In this document: positions 27,301-37,752 of the stretch, one piece after another
Layout of the letters: every line of letters starts with the position of its first letter
Position numbering within the stretch: position 1 is the first letter of the stretch
DNA from: Octopus sinensis
Lineage: Eukaryota
Direction of reading: 5' to 3'
DNA length: 64,000 nt
Assembly (NCBI RefSeq): GCF_006345805.1
Contig: NC_043003.1
Coordinates: forward strand, 83,886,001-83,950,000
The notes under the pieces: model-generated
Told to the model about the DNA's origin: nothing
The model's input: only the letters and a program-made list of their open reading frames with translations
Databases searched by the model: none
Position numbers and translations under genes: made by a program

Positions 27301-30300
27301 AGAGATGGCAAGCTGGAGAGCTGCACCAGGTACCAGTTAGATTTAGCTTGGTTTCTACGGCTGGATGCCCTTCCTAATGCCAGTCACTTCATAGTGTGTG
27401 CTGGGTGCTTTTAATGTGATACCAGCACAAGGACTTTTAGGTGGTGCTGGCACAAGTGCCTTTACGTGGCACCAGCACAGAACTCTTGCAGACCAATTCT
27501 CTTCACCAGGGGAAGTGGCCTTAACACATCTCTGCTGTGGAGGAGGGGGTCTTCTTGAGAACAGTAAGGTGCCAGGTATCTTGTCATCAATTGATTACAT
27601 CAATCTCAGTATTTGAGTAGTACTTTATTTAACCAGTCTTGGAAAGATGAAAGGCTAAGGTGCCTTTACTAGGACTGTTGAACTTAGAACATAAAGGGTT
27701 AGAAGTAACTAGTGCAAAGTATTTTGTTTGGTGTAAACATAGCTGTATGAATATGGAGCTTGCTCCACAACCATGTGACTTTGAGTTCTATCCCATTGCA
27801 TGTTACCTTGGGAAAATGTCTAAACTTTAGTAGCTTAGAGATGATCCATGCTTTTTCATTGAAATTGGTAGGTGGAAACGCATGTATATAAATATGCATG
27901 TGTGTGTGAATGATGAATTTCTGCATCATTTGAACCAAAAAATGGTGATGTAATGTTTATATTCGTTGTGAACAACATATCTGAGCTTTTGAAGTCTAAT
28001 GGAATGAAAATTCTTTGTTTGAATAACAGGTAAATGATTAACTGGATGAGTATCTAGTTGCCTTAATAGTGCCTCAAATAAGTATCCACCCAACCCATGT
28101 CAACATGGAAATATAGATGTAAAGTGAATAAACAAATCCTAATGATTCTGCTTATAAACAGATGTAATAAACACAGAAGAGAGAGAGAAAGAGAGAGGTG
28201 GGGTGGGAGATAGAAAAAGAGAGAGAGAAGGAGAGATAGAGAAAGATATTGTCAGCAAGTTCTTACTTACCAAGGTTATTGTTCTGGGCAAGTTTTCTCC
28301 GTTTTAATTTCCTTTTTAATTTCTTTAAAAGTTTCTTCCAACTTTTATGACTAATAAAATATAAAATAAAATTTCATTTGTTTGCAGAGAAATACTTCTG
28401 AAATCATGTAATAAGAATGTAAACCATGACAAAAATTTAAAAAATTGATTTTATTGTCTGTATAAAACATGACATTGAAAACAGAAGCTCTTTGACTTGA
28501 GCAATCAATAATCCAGTCTCACTGGCTGTGTATGTGTTGTGTGTGTGAGAGAGAGAAAGAGATAGAGAGATTCTTTTTTTTTAATCCCATTCTAGCTTAA
28601 TCTAGAGGGACTAAAAGGAAGTGTTTTTCATAGAATAGTATCTAAGCATAATAGATTGAAGGCCAGTAAGGGCTATGGGCACCATGGCCTCTTCTTCCTC
28701 AGATTAACTCAAAATTAAAAAGAGATAAAGTTGCAAATTCTACTATTAACAGAGAGTGTGGACCAAATAATTAGCCAAGAGTTCAGCACTTCAAATCTTG
28801 TCCCTCAACACTGTCTTTGTATTGAACTGTTATATAGCCTTGTTGACCAAACTGAAAAGTACTGACAAGTGCAGGTAAAAGCCACAACTGATAAAATTAA
28901 TAAGAACTTTGTTGAGTTTATGGTGCTGAGTCTAACTCTTCCAGTAAACATAACTTTCTATCTTATAAAGGAATGTTTTCTGCTGTATGAATTGTTGAAT
29001 ATCTATTATATAAAATCCATTCTGTGTGTGTGTGTGTCTTCTAGGATCTCAGGCATTCTCCATCCGATTGCACTCAAATTTGATATGTAGATACCGACGA
29101 TATCAGGGCGTGTCTAAGTCTTGAAAAAATTACAAAAATCAATTCCAGGTGAGAATGCGATTGATAAAGCCGTGGGAACGTGCATTTGTATGCGCAAGTA
29201 CATCAGTCGAAATCTGTCTTTTGCTGGTGTCTCAAATTTAGGTTAAATCAGTGTTTCTCAAAGGGGAGGCTAATGGAACGGTCAGAGAAGTTGTTATGAG
29301 TAAATTTGGTGTAAATGTTTGACAACTCAGCACTGTCCATTGGATGAAGGGGGGGGGGGGCTTTTACTATATAAAGAGCAAAAGTTTACAGCACAGTCGA
29401 AAATCTTAGGTGGTTAAGGTGTTGAGCTCATAAACAAATGGTCATGGGTTCAATTTCTGGATTGGGTAGCAGAATGTGTCGACTAGCAAGGCACTTATTC
29501 CATGTTGCATCAGTCTACCCAGCAGGAATGAATACCAGCCAAGTGCAGCCCTCACTTCTATCAGCTGTCATATCCATATTCCACTGGGTTAACAATAGAC
29601 TGAAAGGGTATTCATGCCTGCTTGTGACTATACTGACACCTAAAATAATTAGCAAAAGCATGGTAAACACAGCCAGATCATACTTGCTTCTGAGTGACAG
29701 TTGTAGTTTTGGTTACTACACTTCTATGCAAGTCTGACCAAGAGCCAGTATGGGAATATGAGATAAGGCACATTTGTAGAAAGATAAACTGATTGGTAAC
29801 ATATTGACCACACATAGACAGAGGCGATTAGTATTCACCTACTCTTTTTTACTCTTTTTACTTGTTTCAGTCATTTGACTGCGGCCATGCTGGAGCACCG
29901 CCTTTAGTCGAGCAAATCGACCCCGGGACTTATTCTTTGTAAGCCCAGTACTTATTCTATCGGTCTCTTTTGCCGAACCGCTAAGTTACGGGGACGTAAA
30001 CACACCAGCATCGGTTGTCAAGCAATGCTAGGGGAACAAACACAGACACACAAACATATTCACACACACTTATATATATATACATATATACGACAGGCTT
30101 CTTTCAGTTTCCGTCTACCAAATCCACTCACAAGGCATTGGTCGGCCCGGGGCTATAGCAGAAGACACGTGCCCAAGATGCCACGCAGTGGGACTGAACC
30201 CGGAACCATGTGGTTGGTTAGCAAGCTACTTACCAAACAGCCACTCCTGCGCCTATGGGAGTTACTTTTGGATCATTGACTTTGATCATTACAATAATAA

Positions 30301-32381
30301 TTGCAGAATCAGTAAAGTTCTAGATAAAACGAATTGTATTACCATCATCATTGAGTGTTCATTTTTCCATGCATGCATGGTTCGAACAAAGTTTGAGGCA
30401 GATTTTCTATGACAGGATGCACTTCCTGTTGCCAACCCTCACCTGTCTCTACAGAAGGTAATATTTCCCCATGCTCTTGCATTCTCACAGAAGATTGGAA
30501 ATGAAAAACACTGCTTGTATGACAGTGACATTCATTTACAACAATCATACAATATCAAGACAAGGAGACACACACACACATATTTTAAAGAATGTGGAGC
30601 ACTTAAGATAAGTTTTAATCACACATTTACATTTTCAAGTTATTGTGGTGTGACAAAATGAAACAACGGCCAGGATATTGCGTCTTTCCAAATTCCAGCT
30701 GAGTCTTATACAACTCTTTTGTTTTTTTTTTTACTTGTTTCAGTCATTTGACTGCGGCCATGCTGGAGCACCGCCTTTAGTCGAGCAAATCGACCCCGGA
30801 ACTCATTCTTTGTAGGCCCAGTACTTATTCTATCAGTCTCCTTTGCCGAACCGCTAAGTGACGGGGAAGTAAACACACCAGCATCGGTTGTCAAGCAATG
30901 CTAGGGGGACAAACACAAACATACATATATATATATATATACGACAGGCTTCTTTCAGTTTCCGTCTACCAAATCCACTCACAAGGCATTGGTCGGCCCG
31001 GGGCTATAGCAGAAGACACTTGCCCAAGATGCCACGCAGTGGGACTGAACCCGGAACCATGTGGTTGGTTAGCAAGCTACTTACCACACAGCCACCCCTG
31101 CATCAATAAGAAATACAAACTGGATCCCTAACCAAGAATTGAATATCAGTTTCATCGTTCTTGGGATTTGCACTTGGAATTTATTAGTTCAAACTGTCAA
31201 ATTTGCCACCATCTCAGGTGATAGAGAGTTCAATCTAGATAGCACATCCTATTCCATTGTCAATGACTTGGTTTGTATTTTGTACAGGTATAAATTTGAG
31301 ACATTTAGAGAAAAAGGTTCTCTTTCTACTGCAATTTCCTGACTTAACTTCTTCTTCCGACCACGAGCAGATAGTGTTTTCTACGACCATGGAATCAAAG
31401 ACATAGCTTTCATTGGTAATGTACTTTGTGCAAACTACGTGCGTTTTCATCCCACACAATATAGTAACAGACTTCTACAAGCACTGACAAGCGATTCTTT
31501 ATCAAAACTGACTCCAACTCGCCGAAGTTGTGAAACTTGGTAACGATTCAATAAAATCTCTAATTATCACTCTGAAACTTATCATTTTATGCAACACATC
31601 TGCTTCTTAATACTGCAACAGCTCCACCATGTCACTATCTATTTTACCGTTACATTCGGCGTTACACTTGCATACCTTTTAAGGTTGTTATTAAATACTT
31701 CTATGTTACATCAAGTTCTTTTCTTTCTCGTTTTAAATATGGGCAATGTTTCGTTTGTCGCCTAAATATGTTTTTTCAAATGAACTCATAAGTATTGTTT
31801 TTATACCTCATTAGAACGTAAAATAATATATTTTTGAAAAGTTGTTTATAAGTTTCCGTTTACACCATTACATCTCAAAATGAATGCTATTTTTGTAATT
31901 CCTTTGATATTATTTCTAAATATTTTTTTTTCTCCCAAAATAAGGTCAGCAATATTTGGGTTTTGGTACATAAAGCACTCCCCAATTCCTCGAAAATAAA
32001 TATCGAACAGTGATGTCTCACATAAGCACGATGCCACAAATTTCAGTGACAGAACGCAATCCGATTATTTAACCGACCCCAGCACATGGTTACAAGTTTA
32101 TTTAAGGACACCACAAATCTGAAAGGTAGAGGCAACTTTGTTTAAATCAACAACAATGAGGGATATAATTAAATACTGCAAAACATTCGATCCAGCGCTC
32201 CATCGATTCTGTCAATCACAATATTATTAAATATAGTGAATCTTTCAACGAAATTTCATTTCAATTTTCAGACGTTGCAATATTTAATCTTTGTAAATGC
32301 TTACCTCATTTTATTTCCCTGTATAAAAGTATCAGCCGACGGCCCAATCAAACTAGTTAAAGCCTCCTCCGATATTTCCAT
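3840..32381 (-). CDS. ZRSR2: ZRSR2 / U2AF35-related splicing factor, spliced CDS (9 exons, 3' end runs off window)
   Basis: Exons 32305-32381, 28271-28350, 25208-25386, 21797-21892, 15756-15800, 14783-14895, 11413-11516, 7309-7471, 3840-3949 join in frame (967 nt) with GT-AG borders. Product: MEISEE...SHKSWKKLLKKLKRKLKRRKLAQ...charged coiled coil...CSFFAKTGACRFGERCSRNH (CCCH)...FYEDVLPEFKAVAQVVQFKVSCNYEPHLRGNVYVQF...FNGRWYGGRQL (UHM)...KWGAAICG. This is collinear with human ZRSR2 as recalled; the long N-terminal charged region separates it from U2AF1. Confidence 0.95.
7309..7471 (-). CDS. ZRSR2: ZRSR2 exon 8 (UHM/RRM: FYEDVLPEF...VSCNYEPHLRGNVYVQFK)
   Basis: Acceptor tttttgtag, donor AAC|GTAAGT, 163 nt, phase 1 to 2. 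Confidence 0.96.
8323..9652 (-). mobile_element. 5'-truncated, internally deleted RTE-clade LINE (RT fragment + C4HC3 finger + C-terminus + 3' UTR)
   Basis: ORF 8930..9646: GVHQGSVLSPLLF, LLYADDL, KGLRVNLAKTKV, GRGRPRKTW. (ATG)n tail at 8323-8340. Confidence 0.93.
10374..10586 (-). mobile_element. tRNA-derived SINE (family A) with 15-bp TSD
   Basis: Head (gg)cgagctggcagaaacgttagc. TSD aaaagttaacattct at 10359-10373 and 10587-10601. Many other copies, e.g. ~17400-17625, ~24049-24279, ~22180-22380. Confidence 0.85.
11413..11516 (-). CDS. ZRSR2: ZRSR2 exon 7 (CSRNHPEPEVCTTLVFPGMYTHMTLDNAQDDYDT)
   Basis: Acceptor ttgtag, donor CTG|GTGAAT, 104 nt, phase 2 to 1. Confidence 0.93.
11875..12290 (-). 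mobile_element. RTE LINE 3' UTR fragment with (ATG)n tail, partner of the U6 chimera
   Basis: Near-identical to the 3' UTR of the RTE copy at 8323-8930 and ends in the same (cat)n tail. Confidence 0.9.
12291..12378 (-). pseudogene. U6: U6 snRNA retrocopy (about nt 20 to 3' end), fused to RTE 3' end
   Basis: Reverse complement reads ATATACTAAAATTGGAACGATACAGAGAAGATTAGCATGGCCCCTGCACAAGGATGACACGCAAATTCGTGAAGCGTTCCATATTTTT, one mismatch (G>A at a CpG) to vertebrate U6. The 5' stem-loop is missing and no U6 promoter is visible. Confidence 0.97.
12560..14225 (-). mobile_element. Older degenerate RTE LINE
   Basis: Frameshifted remnants such as ITEEFK..CP*ELL (~13960-14010), LEVVDSFCYL (~13590) and a RLCWYG-like segment (~13300). 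Boundaries approximate. Confidence 0.65.
14783..14895 (-). CDS. ZRSR2: ZRSR2 exon 6 (GGQCSHNP...CSFFAKTGACRFGER), first CCCH finger
   Basis: Acceptor cttatag, donor AAG|GTAAAT, 113 nt. KTGACRFG is a U2AF35-family motif. Confidence 0.95.
15037..15532. mobile_element. pogo/Tigger-type MITE
   Basis: Imperfect TIRs CAGTAATCCCTCGCCTATCGCGG ... CCGTGATATGGTGAGGGATTACTA with flanking TA. Confidence 0.8.
15756..15800 (-). CDS. ZRSR2: ZRSR2 exon 5 (EALLKEATINQALNS), 45-nt small exon
   Basis: Acceptor ttgcag, donor TCT|GTGAGT, phase 0/0. Corresponds to the short EALQKMLDQAENE exon. Confidence 0.8.
21797..21892 (-). CDS. ZRSR2: ZRSR2 exon 4 (RRIREEWEEQERKETEEREKLESVEKAKKEKQ)
   Basis: Acceptor ttctag, donor CAG|GTGACT, 96 nt, phase 0/0. 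Confidence 0.92.
21886..22043. repeat. Perfect 2x79-bp tandem duplication spanning the exon-4 3' splice site
   Basis: 21886-21964 is identical to 21965-22043. Confidence 0.95.
25208..25386 (-). CDS. ZRSR2: ZRSR2 exon 3 (ETCDK...EHARWLERERQAQKEW...RKRREEQD)
   Basis: Poly-T+cag acceptor, donor GAT|GTGGGT, 179 nt, phase 1 to 0. Lies inside ORF 25052..25444. Confidence 0.92.
26443..26820. mobile_element. piggyBac-like MITE carrying a nested piece of a second MITE
   Basis: TTAA-cccttttgttacc ... gttactatcaaaagga-TTAA. Internal ~26490-26628 matches 52430-52570. Confidence 0.55.
28271..28350 (-). CDS. ZRSR2: ZRSR2 exon 2 (HKSWKKLLKKLKRKLKRRKLAQNNNL)
   Basis: Acceptor ttttattag, donor G|GTAAGT, 80 nt. 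Resembles ZRSR2 SHKKYRAALKKEKRKKRRQELA. Confidence 0.92.
29844..30254 (-). mobile_element. tRNA-derived SINE (family B)
   Basis: Head ggcgcaggagtggctg..., internal (CA/TA)n, tail gactgaaacaagtaaaagag. Similar copies at ~30720-31100, ~38112-38530, ~45615-46007, ~7813-8104. Confidence 0.85.
32305..32381 (-). CDS. ZRSR2: ZRSR2 coding exon 1 (MEISEEALTSLIGPSADTFIQGNKM-S)
   Basis: ATG at 32381, 25 codons + 2 nt, donor AG|GTAAGC. Phase 2 matches exon 2. Confidence 0.8.
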
Positions 32382-33615
32382 AGCACGAAAATATCACAAA
32401 ACCCACGCAAAAACAATTTCTTTCAGTCTGAAGACATTTCGTGCTCAAAAACACGGTTTATAGACCAAACTTGATCTTCATAGAATGAAGAGTACCAGTC
32501 AAGAACGATTATGCAAAAGATTTTTATTTATTTACTTTTTAAAAACTTAATTTATTTCTTAATCATTTCTGCTTTTTAAAATGCTTAGTCGGAACAATTT
32601 AGCATGTGTCTATCCCAATTTTTTATCTCATATTTCCCCGGGTGTGGGGAACGTGCATATACGTTAGTGGTGTTGCTATAGTTTCGGTCTAGGTCAACCC
32701 TGATTGATAAAAGCTTTTGGTCAATAACAATTTGGCCAAAGCCACCTTATCTTTTTCCAGACAGTTACATTTAGGGCTCTTCTTATATCCAACAAGCTCT
32801 TTTTATTTCAAAGTGGTGGAATGTTATACAAGGAAAATTTAGCCGCTATCGCTACAGGAATAGGCGCACGTGTGTGTAAAGGGAAGTAACTCTCTAAAAC
32901 TTGTCAATCTCATTCGACGCATAAAATTATTGAATAAGTCTTAGTATTCGACACATATTTTATTATAGCGACAAAGGTTAGCAGAATTCTGGTTTAAGCA
33001 CTTCAAAAAACTCCTCATTGCTTTTTTATTTTTCTTAATTTTATGAACATTTTTGCGAATATATGTTCTACATGGAGAGAGATTCTTTTATTCTCCGCCC
33101 CATAAAATCTTAAAATTTCTACTCTTCATCGAATTGTATTTAAATCAGAGTTTAAAATACGGACAGCCCGAATTGTTGCTTCAATCCTAGCAACGGATCT
33201 CCTTTGGGTACATCATCATTCCGTTAAATGTCTTTAAGGGGAGAAAAATATTGAAAAACATCAATACCTGTCAGAGTGACCAACAAACAAGGTGTCGAGT
33301 GGCCGTGAGATGTAAAAATCACTGCAAAATCGCCTTTAAATCACACACACACATGGTCCCGGCAACAGGGGGTGCAAGCGCACCCCTAGAATTTTCGCAG
33401 AGTGCAGAAGCAAAATTTGCAGCCCTACTTATTTTTCTAAGGTTTAGAAAACGGTAAATAAAAAGTGATGTGTAAAAAGTTGCTTGAAGTTGGGTTCCTT
33501 CTCAAAGAACAAAACACAAAAATAATAATAAAAAAAAAATAAATAAGACCTTGTTTGTAAATATTTTTGGACTTGGGTTTGCACCCCCTAAGCAATTTTC
33601 ATTCCCGAGCCAGTG

Positions 33616-33646
<31 letters not shown>

Positions 33647-33960
33647 TTTTTGCAAAATCGTGTGAATTCTCGCGTGCAGAACATAAATTTGCATAAATTT
33701 TCTGAAAATTCCATAAAATGAAGAAAAAGAAAGTTATTGGAGATTTTATGGCATGCTTAAACCAAAATTCCGGTCAAAATTTTGTTAGTAAATCATTATT
33801 TCTAAAAACACAAAGCATTCTGGGAATGGGGCTATTAGTTGAATATATTGGCTTGAATCTCTACTCAGAAAGAATAAGTATCGCAAACATTTTGTGCAAT
33901 GTTCTAACGATTCTGCAAATCGATAAATAATTCCCAGACTAAATAGCGGAGTCGGTATAA

Positions 33961-34019
33961 ATGATTGGCTCAACTCCGTGAACTAGGTCACCGTCTCCGC
34001 CCCACCGTAACATAGCAAC
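33961..34019. promoter_or_regulatory. Motif cluster: inverted CCAAT, GC box, RFX X-box-like
   Basis: ATTGG at 33964-33968, CCGCCC at 33997-34002, GTAACATAGCAAC at 34007-34019. About 1.6 kb upstream of the ZRSR2 ATG. Confidence 0.35.
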
Positions 34020-34152
34020 GGTTAATGTTTGAAACCAGTAATAAAAACTATGGAAGGGAGACAATCGAAACTGTCTTTATTATTTGCCTATTCTTACAAC
34101 TAGGGTTATTTCCCTTGAACAAAATAATTCCATTGCCAGTTAGAGAAATATA

Positions 34153-34691
34153 TAGGGTGATCTGACCCATTTGGAGGCTTAATAAAAGCACAAAATAAGA
34201 AATAATGAAAAGAAAAATTTCATTTTCTGAATGTACATTTAATGCCATTTTATTTCATTAAGTTTTAAAAATTAAATCAGCTAAATGCTTCCCATCACTG
34301 TCAACACACTGTTGGAGACGTTCATGAAAGTTATCGATAACTCTATGGATGATTTCTTCTGGAATGGTGAAATGTGATTTCTTCTTGTGGGGATATTAAA
34401 AATCAAAAGTATTCAGTCATCGCCCTCGATCTATTGATGAATTAAAGCATGCAATTTGTGTAGAAATAGCAACCATTCCAGAAGAAATGATCCATAGAGT
34501 TATCGATAGCTTTCATGAACGTCTCCAACAGTGTGTTGACAGTGATGGGAAGCATTTAGCTGATTTAATTTTTAAAACTTAATGAAATAAAATGGCATTA
34601 TATGTACATTCAGAAAATGAAATTTTTCTTTTCATTATTTCTTATTTTGTGTTAAGCCTCCAAATGTGTCAGATCATTTTGGTCCACCCTG
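34153..34691. mobile_element. Foldback element built from two inverted mariner-like transposase 3' ends
   Basis: Arms 34153-34368 and 34472-34691 (~215 bp) are inverted. The plus strand encodes CDFFLWGIL..., then IPEEMIHRVIDSFHERLQQCVDSDGKHLADLIFKT*, and ends ccaccctg-TA. Confidence 0.8.
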
Positions 34692-35249
34692 TATATAATT
34701 AAATTATTAAATAGAGCTATGAATGATGTTCACCATACTCCTTCCCATGATCTTTTTAGAGCAAATATGTAACTGAAACATCAGTTAGTCCATTGAAATA
34801 TTTCCCCCAGCAATAATCAACAAAAACAAGAAATTTTTCCTATTATTCATGGTCGGTCGGTCGGTAGAGGAATAATATTATTGCTAGGGTAAATATTCCA
34901 GTAGAGTAACTGATGTTTCGGTTACATATTCGGTCAAGAAGGATAATGGGGAGGCGTATGGTTCACATCATTCATAGCTCTATTTAACTATTTATATAAA
35001 TCTTATATTTTGCAGTAGAATTATTTTATTTAAGGGAAATAACCCTAGTTCTATGAATATATTCTAAAGGTTTCACACTGTGGTACGAAGCCAGCAATTT
35101 TAAGAGAAAGGTACAAGTCGAATACACCAACTCCAGTGTCCAAAAGGTAATTATGCTATCGACTCCGAAGGGATGAAAGGCAAAGTCAACCTCAACGGAA
35201 TTTGAACTCTGAACGTGAAATGTATAATAATAATAATAATAATAATAAT

Positions 35250-35795
35250 TGCAGTACCAGGCAGTGACTCGCGTGGCTTCTGATCTTAACTGATTGGAAG
35301 TGTTATCATGTACATTGTTTTGTCTTGGTATAAAAGATGGGCTACAGCAAATATTCTGCTCAATACCACAGATTTGCTTGTTAGTTGTTTGACCATAACC
35401 AGTTGAGCATGTCCCTTAGTGGCTGGCGATATGTGCATCTCTGATCAAGAACAGAAGTAGTGGCGGAGCATCATAGCCGTGTTGAAAGGAATTCTTAGAA
35501 GTTTGGATAATTCACCTTTGGAAACATGGGTGTTTCGTTCAACATCCTTAAACAATCCTTATTCAAGGACCTTTTGAGCGGGATGGCTAGTCGACCAGAA
35601 GAAAATTCTAACTGTGCCTCACCTGCGAGGTCATGCGCTGTTTATCTTGATATGAGATCACCATGTCGCGTACATATGGTTGTGATGCATGTGCCTGGTG
35701 TACCCTTATCAGACGGGTAGTCGTGATGAGTATACTGAGCTTCGTATATTTTACCCCAGTGTCACTTTGATGGCATGCACTGCTCTCTAATTCAA
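35250..35795 (+). mobile_element. Interspersed repeat (probable non-LTR 3' UTR) flanked by (AAT)n on both sides
   Basis: (taa)n at 35224-35248 and 35795-35830, with no ORF. Family assignment is an inference. Confidence 0.4.
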
Positions 35796-37455
35796 TAATA
35801 ATAATAATAATAATAATAAAATAATAATAATAGTAAAGCCTTCAGTTAGGCCGAAATAATGCCTTCACCACTTGACCCTTTCTAACCTCTTCTACTTCAC
35901 CAAAAGATAGAATAGAGATAACAAAACCACCAACTAAATCTATTGTTTTCAATGGTATGTCTATCCTTCTGAATAGTTATATAAGCAAGCATACCCCAAG
36001 CAAAAATCAGACGTAGTCTGGCTGACCAGCTAGAACCTTGGTCAGAGGGAGAAATGAAGTTTACTGTCAGCAACTGTGAGACAACACCCTACAATTCTCT
36101 AACATCATTCTATCGCTTTATATGGATTACTACTAACAATTCGTATACGCCAAACTATGTAAAGAAACATTCTACCGCATCTAACTTTCTTTCGCATGCT
36201 TTTGGATTTATCATAACCTACCCGTCGAGGCAAGGTGTTGTAACGTAACGGTAAATTAATATTTCCTTAAAACTTCATGCATTGTTCATCTTTCACGTCC
36301 TACAGTATGCGATTATAACAACAAATTTTTATCGTTACAACTGCTGACTCCGACATTTCATAATAATGTTTACTAATCAATCTTACCCGCGACAATTGGT
36401 GACTACGACATTATCATCATATTGTGTACCTAATCAATACCTCTCGTTACAAGTCTCTTTCTATATGCACAAAGCACATCCAACGTCTAACGCCACGCAT
36501 TCATTTACTGCTAACACACCATAGACATCTCAAACGGGATGCAACTCGTCTCTGTACAGTACTCTTATGCAGGGTATTTCATGTGTAACCCACTGCTACA
36601 ATAAACTTTGATATTGGACGAGTTGAGATTTTGTCGGTCTACCTCTGAATACCAACCACCGTTGAGTTTCGTCCGTTTGTCTTTGTGTTCCAATTGCGGT
36701 TGAGTGAGCGCACAGACACAGTATCGACAAGCTACCACCGTCGACATCGTCAATCAGACTGTGAACTCTCCGCCGTGTAACAAGCTACAAAGATAGAGAA
36801 CTCACCATACTGGCGATACCATAACTAAACTGATGGCCGAATCTTACATTAAATTAATGGGCTGAGAGCCCATTAAAATTACATATTTTTTCTTGTACAG
36901 AAAATTCAAAAACGCAAGTTCAGAATATTGGTACATAGTGGTTTAATAGTTTCAAGCAGACAACCGCTTGGTTTGTCACTATGAAAACAGTCACCAATGT
37001 GTCTGGCTTACGATTGGCTAAAATTACCCCAAATTTGCAAATTTTAAAAGCTATTAGCATTTTATTTATTAATTTATGGCAAAAATGAATTTCATTTATA
37101 TAATTAGTATGCAAAGCTACATCAATACAGCAAATTTGAAATCAACTACAACAAAATTAAAGGAACTGAAGAATGAAAGCCAAGCAGAAAAGATCCAATT
37201 TCGAGAAGCATAATATTTTTGAGGGATGCAATGTCCAGACGGTTAACAACGGTCGCAGGTATTTTTTTTTGCTCTATTAAATAATATAATGGTGAATATT
37301 TGAGTGAAACTGTATTTTCGTGTATCTATGAGGGTGAATGCAATAGCATTTCGTTATCTAGCTGGTTTCTTATTTCTGTTTCTATTTGAGTCAAACAAAA
37401 AGAAATGATTCACTCTAAATAACAAAGCGCTCATATCTTACATTCTCTCGATTTC

Positions 37456-37752
37456 CTATAATTCAGACCGTCTCATAGTCCCAGCAGACAAAATGGAAAA
37501 GGCAGGTTCCCTGGAAGATAGTGAGGGAGATGCGCTGAAACAGCCACTTTGACTCGCGGGCTTCGGATTTGCGGATAGCCATCTCCGCTCTGATAGCGGT
37601 GACCATAGGGATATGGTCCGGGGACCGAGAACGCTGGAGGTCTCCAATGCTACAGGCTCGACCATAAGCCTGTCAGAGAGCGACCGATACTTTGACAGTT
37701 TGCTTTTCTCAGCCTGACGAGCAGCGGAGCCTGGGCTGGTAGCTGAAGACAT
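37456..37752 (-). mobile_element. C-terminal RLE fragment of a CRE-like non-LTR retrotransposon
   Basis: With two compensating frameshifts: SATSPGSAARQAEKSKLSKYRSLSDRLMVEPVALETSSVLGPRTISL / VTAIRAEMAIRKSEARESKWLFQRISLTIF / ..AFSILSAG. Matches the K..KY..L..F.P.A.ET.G.LGP...LFQRIS.AIQRGNA..IL end of CRE-type ORFs. Confidence 0.65.

Noticed and set aside
28998-29200. Helitron-like non-autonomous element
   Set aside because: The 5' end looks suggestive, but no clear 3' hairpin/CTAG terminus could be placed.
3840-32381. U12-type introns in this minor-spliceosome factor gene
   Set aside because: All nine donors are U2-type (GTAAGC, GTAAGT, GTGGGT, GTGACT, GTGAGT, GTAAAT, GTGAAT); none is RTATCCTT.
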